Below, piece after piece: positions 38,801 through 50,745 of a stretch of 64,000 bases of DNA (position 1 is its first letter; each line of letters begins with the position of its first letter). Source of the stretch: Octopus vulgaris. Its lineage: Eukaryota. Under the pieces are notes generated by a model that worked only from the letters and a program-made list of their open reading frames with translations, was not told the DNA's origin and made no database searches. The stretch covers positions 137,516,001 through 137,580,000 of the forward strand of contig OX597814.1 of the NCBI GenBank assembly GCA_951406725.2, written 5' to 3'. The position numbers and the translations under genes were made by a program.

Positions 38801-38922
38801 ATTTATACAATTTTGAGTACTTACATATAGTTGCTTGTACATGTACTGAATTTTTATTATAAGGAGGATAATTTAGAATTCCTGAGATCTTTTGTTATTA
38901 TAGTTTTGTTTTCTTCTTACAG

Positions 38923-40290
38923 GTTATTGATTCTGTTGAATTGTGCACTGAATACCTTGTCAAGTCAATTAATTTGGATAGCTGTGTTGATGTCCTCATC
39001 CTTGCTGATCTTTATTCACTTGTAAATGCTCAAGAAAAATCTCGTGACTTCATCCGTGAAAACTTTGAACGCATTGTTACTTCAGAAAAATATTACCAAT
39101 TGACACATACTCAACTAGCATTTTTACTTGCTGGAGACAACTTAAGGGTCACTTCAGAATACCAACTGGTCATGTTTGTACTTGAATGGGTCAAATGGGA
39201 TGATCAGGTGCGCAAACAGTATTTACCACAACTGCTTGAAAATATACGCTTACCTCTTTTACGTGTAGATGAACTTGATAAATTAGCTCGTTTGCATATC
39301 ATGAGGAATAACCCAGGATGTAATCGGCTTTTCCGTGAAGCTCAAGAATATAATCGTAACATTTTTAAACAGCCTATGTATCAGACTAAACGCACTCAGG
39401 TTCGGTCAGAAAAAGTTAGTCTTGTTCTTTGCCATGGTGAATCTCCTAAAAGTTATACTTTTAAAACAGAGAAGTTCACAACTTTGCGAAATCCTTTAAT
39501 TCCTATGTATAACCCCGGTGTCATTGTTGTTGATAATTTTATGTATGTCTGTGGCGGCACTTGCAACAATGATCATAATTTTAACGCTTCACCCCGTTGC
39601 TTCCGCTTTGACCCTAGATTTGACACCTGGACTGAATTCACTTCATTATTAGAGGCTCGAAAGGATTTTGTAATGGTTACTGTAAATAAAACATTGTATG
39701 CCATTGGTGGAAAAGATAAGAACAATATCTCTTCTACTATGGAGAGTTATACAGTAGAGTCAAACCAGTGGAGTTGGAGAGCTCCAATCAACATTGCTGT
39801 TTATGGACATGCTGGAGACGTTTGTAAAGGAAAGATCTATGTATGTGGGGGACAAACCACAACAGGCTGTGTTAACAATTTTCTCCGCTATGATCCCTCT
39901 ACTAATACGTGGGAAGATCGTTCACGCATGTTGAGACCTCGTTGCAACCATATTTTGGCATGTGTTAAAGAGAAGTTTTATGCAATTGGAGGTAATGTAG
40001 AGGATAGTCATGGATTGGCCAGTCCAATTGATCTTATTGAATCTTATAACCCTAACACTGACCAGTGGACTACAATGGAAGTTACAGTTAGTATTCGAAA
40101 AGCAGGTGCTTTTGTACGTGATGATAAAATCTATATTACAGGTGGACTGAAAGAGCAGAGGCTTTTAGAAATCATTCAAGAGTATGACCCTGTAAAGAAC
40201 ACGTTAAAAACTTCCCACACCTTTCCATTTGTCATTCTTGGCAGGGCATGTTGTTTGCTCACATTAAACAGATGTGAGCCTTTCCGATAA
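38923..40290 (+). CDS. Kelch-like protein, exon 3 (BACK domain + kelch propeller); KLHL9/13/26-like Cullin-3 adaptor
   Basis: Acceptor TTCTTCTTACAG| in phase 0 (VIDSVELCTEYL...). BACK domain (SEYQLVMFVLEWV...LLENIRLPLL), then QPMYQTKRTQVRS and FRFDPRFDTW resembling KLHL9/13/26, five GG-type kelch blades plus a degenerate first blade, and stop TAA. Confidence 0.96.
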   Translation, partial: VIDSVELCTEYLVKSINLDSCVDVLILADLYSLVNAQEKSRDFIRENFERIVTSEKYYQLTHTQLAFLLAGDNLRVTSEYQLVMFVLEWVKWDDQVRKQYLPQLLENIRLPLLRVDELDKLARLHIMRNNPGCNRLFREAQEYNRNIFKQPMYQTKRTQVRSEKVSLVLCHGESPKSYTFKTEKFTTLRNPLIPMYNPGVIVVDNFMYVCGGTCNNDHNFNASPRCFRFDPRFDTWTEFTSLLEARKDFVMVTVNKTLYAIGGKDKNNISSTMESYTVESNQWSWRAPINIAVYGHAGDVCKGKIYVCGGQTTTGCVNNFLRYDPSTNTWEDRSRMLRPRCNHILACVKEKFYAIGGNVEDSHGLASPIDLIESYNPNTDQWTTMEVTVSIRKAGAFVRDDKIYITGGLKEQRLLEIIQEYDPVKNTLKTSHTFPFVILGRACCLLTLNRCEPFR

Positions 40291-42988
40291 TGCTGCATTC
40301 CCAATAAGACTCCTTAGTATCTCGATATATATTCTTTCATAGTTTGCAAGGAAGAGAGCAACATTTGATTGTGTGATTGAATTGTATTTAAGTGCTGTGG
40401 AAGGGGTTTAAGTGAAGGAAAAAAAATCATCGGTGATTGGATAAAGGTTTTTAAGTTTTCATTATTAGTTTATAAATGAGGATCAGAAATGTGTTGTGTG
40501 TAAATATGTGTGTTTGTTGTCTGTCTGTCTATGTGTTGATCCATGGCAGAATGAAATATCGTTATGATTCATTTGCAGTATGATGGCCTTTGGTACCACC
40601 AGATATTATGACTGTGCAAACTATTTAGCCAAAGATGTAAAGATAAGAAAGCAGAAAATTGAAAATTATTTCTATACTAAGCAGCTTATTTTAATTTTTA
40701 TCCTTCAATACTAAGACAATATGATTTTTAAATTCTACCGTGTGGACATAGCTTTAGGTTGGATTGGTGAAAAATCATCAGCAATGAACTTTTCACAACT
40801 TTACTGTATCAGATTTTAACCCCTCCTCATTTACAAAAGAAATTAAGTGCCATTATTATGTTAGTGAAAAGTCTTATTCTGTGTAGTATGACAGTATCAT
40901 TTGTTATTTGTGTGGTTTTAATTAGGTATATTTCATATCTCAGAGTTTTGATGACACTATTAACTTGTGCATGCATGATAATCTGCACAACTTCGCTTCC
41001 TTTTGCCATGTCTGGATGTTCACAATCTGTAGCAATGTTTTCGTGTTTTAAAAGTCAGTATGGATAAGTATTTATTTATCCTGTGATCTGGTGCAATAAA
41101 TAGTCACTTGCTGACCATGAATGATAATAGGTAACCATTAATGGGTTGTCAGTCTTAAAGAGAATGGAAAAATGGAGGTTGTGACATCCTTACCTTTAGT
41201 ATTAAAAGGCACTGATGGCATGAGTGAAGTAAAATAGCTACGTTTGGTCTCAAAACCAGGTCACAATCAGTTTACAACAGAAATACTTCCTATATATTAC
41301 TCATCTAATGTACTCTACAATTTAATTATAAGTTTCTGTATCAATACAAGGCACAAGATTTACAGGAGCAGGAAATAAGAGTGTGAAAAGAGTATTGCCA
41401 GCATTAGGATAGTGAATAATTAGGATAATTCTGCAACCAAGAATTAAAACTGGGTGCACCACTACTCTGTGACTATACAACATTCATGTCTTTCCTAAGA
41501 GCATTAGTAACACAAATGAAGAGAAATTAAAACCCCACCCCAATTATTGTCATCTTTATATCCTATGACAACTTTCTAAATAACTATTTATGCTTTGTTC
41601 CTCTTACTATCAAACCATTATCTAATTCAGCTAATTGCAATTAAAGATATCTATTAATGGGTGATAAGTTTAGCGACTTCAGATAGGACAAGGATGAGCA
41701 TTGTTATTATTTCCCCCCAAAGCATTAATGACATGAACGAAATGGTTTTACATGGAACTAAAATTGGACCCAATTAGCTGATACTTTACCAGCACCCTAT
41801 AATACTTGCTATTCCTTATTAAAATTTGAAAAATAAAGAAAGCTGAGAGGCTTAAGTAAGTAAGATGCTAGCAGCAAAGACGGAGCATGATGCAAATTAA
41901 TTTCATTAGACTATTAAATTCAGCTACTTCTACAGCTTTGCAGGGTCCTTATTATTTTCAGGCAAACTACTGCAAGCTGCAGCAGATACAAATTAAAATG
42001 AACAGTTTTAGGTATTTGTTGAAGATTTTCACTTTTCAACTTTTTACTCCTATATATAATGCATCTAACTTCAGCAGTTTGATGGGTTATTTGTAAATTT
42101 TATCATAAATATTATTTCAAACAATCATATTAAGCTGCACAAGGATTTTCCAGCAAGCTAAATGTTATGCAAGCCCGTACCAATGTGTAAAGTCTTAAGC
42201 CAAAGAACATAACAGACTGTGCCTCCTCCTAGGAAATTAATATATCTATATTTCATGTGAGGGAAAATAAAAACATTAATCAAGTAATACACTGTATACA
42301 AAAATTAGATCTATTTTGAATTTAATAAATGCTATCATCATCATCACATCATCATTATTATTTTAATGAAAATAATTTTTTCTTCTTTAACTCTTAGAAA
42401 GACCACTTGTGAAAAATAATTTAAAATCGTTTCCTTTTATGTGGTTTGTTTGTCACATTCAAGGAGGAAGCTTTTCATATGACTGATTGACTTTTCTCAC
42501 AAATTTTCTGTTGTCTCATTTTACCTCCCTCCCTTGCTCTTATGAAACTAAAGATGTTTATCTTTTCACTAGAATCTATTTTAGCATTTACAAATTAAGT
42601 TTATACTGGAAGATGCAACATATTCCTTTCTCTGTAACTTTTGAATTGCTTCACTATTTTTTACTTATTTCTTCCACCTCCATATCGGCAGCTAAACCCT
42701 GCATTATTAAGCCAATTAACAACGAAATCTTTTAACCGTGGAAGATGTCTTCCAGATTTTTCATAGATATGCCAAACTTGTTTTATCTCTCTTCTTCATA
42801 TACAGCTGTGCAATGCTGAAATTTCATGGAAACTGTAAATTTAGAAAGAATTAAATATATGTTGTATTTTAACATTTTTCTCTGCCCTAATGGATGTTGG
42901 TTAAAAATATTTTTAAGTCGAATAATATGTTGAATGACATATTTAACAAACCTTGTGATCCTATAACAATATTGTGTTAATACACAAG

Positions 42989-43023
<35 letters not shown>

Positions 43024-43028
43024 TACAT

Positions 43029-43305
43029 ACACAAGAAATAAACGAAGTTTTATTTAGATTTTAAAGTAAATACACTTAACCGGTTTCATATTTGTATGAC
43101 TGTCAGAAGTGTACATTGTGAGGAATGTGGATATGTATCACAAACTATTGTTTCTCAGAAACAATAAAGTTTGCAGAAACTCCACATTCCTCATAATGTA
43201 CACTTTTGATAATTATATAAATATGAAACCGGTTAAGTGCGTTTATTTTAATATTTAAATTAATCTTAATATATACTCTGTGCATTTTCAACTTCATTTA
43301 TTTCT

Positions 43306-43310
<5 letters not shown>
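43029..43310. repeat. Fold-back element between (TA)n tracts, with hammerhead-like remnants in both arms
   Basis: Arms ~43052-43131 / 43181-43260, outer arms 43029-43049 / 43290-43310, and an inner hairpin at 43141-43173. Confidence 0.8.
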
Positions 43311-43362
<52 letters not shown>

Positions 43363-46055
43363 GTGTGCTTGTGTGTAAAAGAGAATTCTTTTATTTATTT
43401 TTCAAAATTTTTATGTTGGGAATTATATTAGTTGTGACAAGTGCACTGTGTTTCGAAGTGTAATAAAGATCAAATAATGAACAGAATTATATTATAATGA
43501 GTTTACTTTGTTGTTGTAGAATCCTGAATAATCAGTTAAGACATTTACCTAGCAGTGGATGTCTGTACATGAGAGGAGACTCACTAGAAAATTATATGGA
43601 AATTCTGCATTTTATTAATTAGTATTAAGACAAAATTAAATATTTTTCTTAGTAACTTGAGATAAAAACTACTTTAAATGTACTTAAAAATCTAACTTAC
43701 CACCATCATCATTATCATTGTTTTAACATCCACTTTTTCATGATACCCTTTCCTTCACAGGAAAATCATATTTCCCCTTTGTCCTTCAAACACAAACAAC
43801 ACAATGACTGAACATGCAAACAAATGATATCATATCTGTGACAGTGACATTTGTTTACAATCAATACACAATCTCAAGACAAAGAGACGTCTGTACACAC
43901 TTTCTTCAATACCATAATTCAGTTCAGGGATCTTGTCTTGTGATTACCAATGCTGGTGTCATAAAAATAAAAGCATCCAGTATACTGTAAAGTGGTTGGC
44001 ATTAGAAAGGACATCCAACCATAGAAACCATGGCAAAGATAACACTGGAGCTTAGTGCAATCTTCTGACTCAATCTTATTTATATATATATATATATATA
44101 CATAGTGAGTTTTCTCTTTCACTTTCCTGCTACCAAATCAACTCACAAAGCTTTGGTCAATTTGGGATTATAGTAGAAAGCACTTGCACAGTAGGACAAC
44201 CTAGAACCACATGGTTGAGAAGCAAACTTCTGACTCAGTTATGCTTGTGCTTTACTGAAATGAAAATAATTTTTTCTTACTTTTTGATCTAATAGTTCCA
44301 CATCCATTGTACAGCAGTAACAGATGGGATGGCTTTTTTGTAGATTTTCTTTGTTCTTGGATCAATTATTATTATTATTATTATAGTTGAAAGATCTTCC
44401 TTTTGATAAGGTCTCAAGCATAAAGAAGGAAACTTGGATGCTAGTTATCCAGTTTAAGGAAAGTAGAGTCGTGTCCCTTGTTCAATAAGTACAAAGACAC
44501 TCACTGTAGTAGTAGTAAAGTTCTATCAAAAATTAAATGGCACAACTTCACAGCCATTGTGACTATCTAAATGTTTGAAATGCAAGTATTAATTTACTTG
44601 TTTCTTTCTCTATTACAGCAGTTTTATGTCAATTCTGGCTTATATATCAAACTTACAACCAATCTAAATGGTTGCATTTGGCACACCAATTCTAATTCTT
44701 GCATAAGTCATTGTATTGTCAAGATATTTTATGTCTCTTTATGCTTTAATTTGATATTTGAATTGATTTAATGTTAATCTTACTGCTTAAGGTTAGTCCT
44801 AGACTGACAATTAGAAACGATTTACTTTGTACACAAATGAGACTTAGTCGCTATAGTTAGTAAATTTGTGATACGTGTAGGAAACTGAACTGGACCATTG
44901 ATTGTTAAGTGTTTTGTCTAAAAACATTACAATACTGGTTAACAGTATATGAATTGTCCCCTCAGTTAGGTGTCTAATATTCTGTAAACTTGATCATCCA
45001 TGCCTTTGGCTTACATTTTTGTATAGCTTAAAGGAAGAAGAGCAGTGCTCATGAGCCTTGGAAGACCACTATCACTAGTAGGAACGAAGGAACCATGACT
45101 TGACAGATATGTGTATGGCAGAAATTATGGAATTTTATGCATTAAAGAAGTTGGAATACATTCTTCTCTTTCTAACAGGTACAGAATCTCTTAAGTGAAA
45201 TATTAGTGCATCTTTTGAACAAACTGAGCAGATAATTTTGAACATATGTGGCACAATTGGAAAGAATGAGGTAAAATTCAAAAATTCTATTTGGAATTTA
45301 CTTGCTTAAAAGGTTCAAAATGATCTTTCTAACATATGCAGAATATCTTAAGTGCAATGTCTGAACATGTTTTGTAGTTTGTAATTTTCAAGACAGAATA
45401 TCATTAGACAAACATTTGAACTTATTTTGGAAAGTTTGGAGTAACTTTCAAGACATACTCATTTTCTTGGATGGATGAGAAGTGCCAAAATTTCAAATTT
45501 GACAGATCCACATACTTGAAATTATGTAATTTTACCCAATTGAAAAGTTGGATTTTTTTTCTTATTCCAAGAAGTACAGAATGTGTTGGAGCAATTGAGT
45601 GGTTAATTTTGAAGAAATTTGATATTACATTGGTAGGAATGAAGCAAAATTCTAAAAGGGGAATGGTGATAATTGTGAATTTTCTCCTAGTTGTAAATTA
45701 TCTATTGTAACAAATGCATAAATCTTTAGAAAAATTTTTGAACCTGGTTGGGTGCAACAAAATCAGTTATAAGTTCAAGAAAAATGGTAAAAATTTCGAA
45801 CATCTGACAGATTTATGTACTATGAAAATCAAATTTCACATTAAAATGGTTGACATCTTTTATTCGAACAGACACTGAATCTTCAAAGTGATACATTACT
45901 ACATTAAGCAGTACCCACAAATTTCATGGCTATTTTAAAAACTGTAAGATGATTAGAAGTTTACAGAGAAACCATAAAATAACTGAAGTGCATTTTTTCT
46001 AAAACATTTGATTTTTGAGATATGTAAAAGTTCTTATAGGTAGCATTGAAGAATC

Positions 46056-46165
46056 CAGTCTATAAGAGAACATCTTTGAAAGCTATTTTCTTTGTTATCT
46101 ACTATTTTTCAGTCTATAAGAGAACATCTTTGAAAGCTATTTTCTTTGTTATCTACTATTTTTCA
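46056..46165. repeat. Exact tandem duplication, 54-bp unit x2
   Basis: CAGTCTATAAGAGAACATCTTTGAAAGCTATTTTCTTTGTTATCTACTATTTTT starts at 46056 and 46110. Confidence 0.92.
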
Positions 46166-47019
46166 CTTTGCATCCAAAAGTTAACCATCTTAACTATGGA
46201 ATGAAATTAAAACATTATCACTATCAATACTACCACCACTAACACTAGTACAACCACCTTCACTACTCCCATCTTGAATATCCTTGTTATTCTGCTGCTG
46301 TATAACTACATTGGTAAAGCTTTGACAAATCTTAATACACTGTATTACATCCTGATTTTTATATCAGAAAAAAAAATGCTCATGTCTAAGTTTGAGCTTA
46401 CAGATCCAGTAAACACAGATACTCCACTAAACCATGGATTCTGACAACAATATATCAATAATATGGGTGTAAACATGGCTATATACTGATATATTATTTG
46501 CTTGGTAGTTATGTAGTTCTATGTACAGTTCCAGGACATAACACCTAAGTCCAGTGTCTTGTGTATGTATCTGTCTTTTACTTGTTTCAGTCATTGGAAT
46601 GCAGCCATGCTGGGGCACCATCTTGAAGGGTTTTAGTTGAATGAATTGTTCCCACTGCTTATTTTCCAAAGTCTAGTACTTATTGTATTGGTCTCTTTTG
46701 CTAAACTGCTAAATTATGGGGATGTAAACAAACCAACACCAGCTGTCAAGCAGTGATGGGTGACAGGCACAAACACAAAGACATCGATATAAAACACACA
46801 CACACTGAAGAAGCTTCTTGAGTTTTCATCTACCAAATGCACTCAAAGCTTTGCTTGACCTAGAGCTGCAGAAGGCACTTGTCCAAGATGTCATGCAGTG
46901 GGACCGAACTCAGAACCATGTTGTTGGGAAGCATACATATAGCAATTAATTTTGGATATGAACTTTATAGTGTGCTTTACAAATGCTATCATACTGTGAG
47001 AATGATGATGTCACTGAAT

Positions 47020-47290
47020 ATCATCATCATCATCATCGTTTAACGTCCGCTTTCCATGCTAGCATGGGTTGGACGGTTCAACTGGGGTCTGGCAAGCCCG
47101 AAGGCTGCACCAGGCCAGTCAGATCTGGCAGTGTTTCTACAGCTGGATGCCCTTCCTAACGCCAACCACTCCGAGAGTGTAGTGGGTGATTTTATGTGCC
47201 ACCGACACAGGTGCCAGACGAGGCTGGCAGACGGCCACGCTCGGATGGTGTTTTTTATGTGCCACCGACACAGGTGCCAGACGAGGCTGG
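47020..47290 (-). mobile_element. 3' tail of the RTE LINE (young 5'-truncated copy)
   Basis: Same tail as 21936-22183 and 57720-57920, with (CAT)n at the left end. Confidence 0.8.
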
Positions 47291-47826
47291 GAATTTTGTA
47301 AGTATCTGTAGAGTTTATGCAAAAAATATGAACAATAGAAAATGGATTGAGCAACAGGCTTTATTGCATAATGCTACAATTGTTTCACTGCTGATTCACC
47401 AGTAGAAACATTGCCAGCATAGTAAGAAGCTTGGCTCCCAACCACATGGTTCCGGGTTCACTTGCATTGTGTGGCAACTTGGGCAAATGCTTTCTACTAT
47501 AGCCTCAGGCTGACCAAATCCCTGTGAGTGGATTTGGTAGAAAGAAACTGAAAGAAGCTTGTATGTGTGTGCGTGTCTTTGTGTCAGTACCCCACTACTG
47601 CATGACAACTGGCAATGGTGTGTTTGTGTCCCCAGCATGGCTGTAGTCTTAATGACTGAAACAAATAAAAGTTAAAAGACATCATGTCATTATTAGGGCA
47701 GTGAGCTGGCAGAAACTTCACCATGCTGGGCAAAATGCTTAGTGGCATTTCATCTGTCTCTATGTTCTTAGTTCAAATTTCACTGAGGTGGACTTTGCCT
47801 TTCATCACTTCAGAGTCGATGAAATA

Positions 47827-49001
47827 TTGGGTTGTCTGGAAAGTTTGTGCTGATTTATAGTAGCTTACATTTCGACTTAGGATTTGACTACACCTCCATT
47901 TAGAGCACAGTTTAAGCTATCTTTTCGTAGAAGAAGGTTTATGTTACTATAACCTGTGTTAATTCTGTAACCCTTTAAAATGGAAGATAAGAAAGTTCAT
48001 TTTGGCACTTGATGCTTTTCTTTTTCCGTAAAGGGAAAAATGCCTCACAAGCAACCAAAGAAATATATGCAGTTTATGGTGATGTTTCTTTATCCGAAAG
48101 AACTGTACGGAAGTGGTTCACAAGGTTCCGAGCTGGAGATTGTAGCCTTATTAATAAAGAGCAATCAGACAGACCATCCACTACAGATGATGACCAAATC
48201 AAGTCATTAATTGAGAATAACTCACATTGCACAACCTGAGAATTGGCAAAAAGCCTCAACCTATCAAAATCCTTTAGTCATGATCACCTGGTAAAACTTG
48301 GGTATACAAATCGCTATGATGTTTGGGTACCACATTAGTTGAGTGAGAAGAACCTTTTGGATCGCATTTCCATCTGTGATTCACTTTATAAACGGAATGA
48401 AAATATGCCTTTTTTAAAGCAAATTGTGACAGGTGATGAGAAATGGATTATCTACCGAAATGTTCAGAGAAAGCGATCCTGAAGTAAGCAACATGAGCCA
48501 CCCTTAGCCACCCCAAAAGCAGATCTTCACCCTAAAAAAGTCTTGCTTTGTGTCTGATGGGATTGGAAAGGAATTCAGGACTGTGAGCTTCTTCCAAGTA
48601 ACCAGACAATTAACTGAACGAGTTAAAAGCAACAATTCAAGAGAAACGTCCAGAATTGGCCAACAGGAAGGGTGTTGTTTTCCAACATGATAATGCAAGA
48701 TCGCACGTTTCTTTGGGAACCAGACAAAAATTGCTGCAGCTCCACTTACTCAGGTCTCTGCAGAATAGTCTTAATGGTAAAAATTTCAATTCCTTGGATG
48801 ACGTAAAAAATTACCTTGATGAATTCTTTGCCATGAAACCAGCTCAATTCTGGGAAGAGGGTATTTTCAAGTTAAAGGAAATATGGAGACGCATTGTGCA
48901 ACAAAATGGTTCATATTTGGTTGATTAAAAATGTAATGGCAAGTATTTATTGACCTTTTTCTTTCCTTTAAAAGTCGGCACAAACTTTCCGGACAACCCA
49001 C
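47827..49001 (+). mobile_element. Mariner DNA transposon (mellifera-subfamily-like), inserted in a family B SINE
   Basis: TA|TTGGGTTGTCTGGAAAGTTTGTGCTGATTT ... AAGTCGGCACAAACTTTCCGGACAACCCAC|TA. The SINE halves (47693-47826, 49002-49075) rejoin across the TA. Confidence 0.92.
47980..48928 (+). pseudogene. Mariner transposase pseudogene
   Basis: MEDKKVH...FFRKGKNASQATKEIYAVYG...VRKWFTRFRAG, WVPH, IVTGDEKWIIY, HPKKVLLCV and VVFQHDNARSH. It has stops and frameshifts, and the YSPDLAPSD segment is deleted at ~48742. Confidence 0.92.
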
Positions 49002-50293
49002 TAAATACCAGTTGAGCACTGGGGTTGATGTAATCAACTTACCCTCTCCTCTTGTGCCAAAATTTGAAACTATTATTATCATTATTCAAGCAACACTGGA
49101 GAATTTCATCTCTTCAGGTGGGGGACCACAAGACAGAGTCTGCTAAATCATACTTATATCTCACATAATATATACCTTCAAAATATATTATTAGTAATTT
49201 ACAGTCAAAACAAAGAGCAAAAAATAAAAACACCAGAACCATTTTAGTATAAATCACAAATGTAGCATCACCCATCAGGTATTTTAGGAATAAATATAAG
49301 TAAAAAATACATGGATATGTAGTATAATAAACAAAAAAAAAAGTAAACAGATAAAACTATCTTTTAACTCTTGATGTTTCCCTTTTAAGACAATCGCTGA
49401 TCCACATCTTCCCTTATTATCACAGCACGATACATTTCCTTAAAACCCTTGTTCTGGACTAGGACCTATGAGCTATGTCCAGCAGTTTGTATCTTTATTG
49501 TTGTTTGGAGCCATTGAAAATCTAGTAAAAACACATATATACTGACACATCTTTATCCATTCTCAAACATAGATTACAGTATTAACAAGCTAATGTATGT
49601 GTTTATTGGCATATATGGTTGTATATACTTATGTATAAACATATGTAAACAACCATATACTCAGATTTGCTATACTTTTATATCAATACTAGCTGATGTA
49701 CCTGGTAATTCCTGGAAAAGCAGGGCTTATACCTTGGTTCCGTTCTCATAATTGTTTCGCTAATCCAATAACAACAATACAAAGTATGTAACCCTTAAAA
49801 TGGTTTTCGTACATTTACAGAGAATACTGAACTGTCTTACACAGGATCTTGTTTTTAGGAATTCCCAATAAGTTATGAATACCCAAATTGTGAAGTCAGT
49901 TATGTAATAACATGAAATTAGTTACCCGATTGTAAGAATTCAAATAAAGTAGCCACGAATAGGGGTTTAATGCATTTCCAGAGCATATAGAACTTAAGAG
50001 GAAATACCTATAAGGAATGTATACCAAAATCGTGAAACATGTTACCTAATAACAGGCTAATTGGATATGAGATAATAACAATTCAAAGTAAATAACTCTG
50101 AAAAGGGCTTTTGTGCATTCCCAGAGAATATAACCCTTATGGGCGCTAGTGTTGAAATAGATTTACAATGAATGTAGAAACAGACTGACATTTAGTTTTA
50201 CAGTAGGCATACAAATAAATTTGCATATAGATTTTAAAATAAAATAACATGTCGATTATCAATACATTTACAACACAAATATTACAGTTAGCG

Positions 50294-50710
50294 GAGGAGT
50301 GGCTGTGTGATAAGTAGCTTGCCTACCAACCACATGGTTCTGGGTTCAGTCCCACTGCGTGGCATCTTGGGCAAGTGTCTTCTGCTATAGCCTCGGGCCG
50401 ACCAATGCCTTGTGAGTGGATTTGGTAGACGGAAGCTGAAAGAAGCCTGTCGTATATATGTATATATACGTATGTATGTGTATGTATATGTTTGTGTGTC
50501 TGTGTTTGTCCCCCTAGCATTGCTTGACAACCGATGCTGGTGTGTTTACGTCCCCGTCACTTAGCGGTTTGGCAAAAGAGATCGATAGAATAAGTACTGG
50601 GCTTACAAAGAATAAGTCCCGGGGTCGATTTGCTTGACTAAAGGCGGTGCTCCAGCATGGCCGCATTCAAATGACTGAAACAAGTAAAAGAGTAAAAGAG
50701 TAAAGAGAGT
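50294..50710 (+). mobile_element. tRNA-derived SINE family A, young copy inserted in the Helitron 3' region
   Basis: Near-identical to 30194-30572, with a (GTAAAAGA)n tail. Confidence 0.88.
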
Positions 50711-50745
50711 TAAATAATAAATACCTGATGATTTGGTGAATCTTA

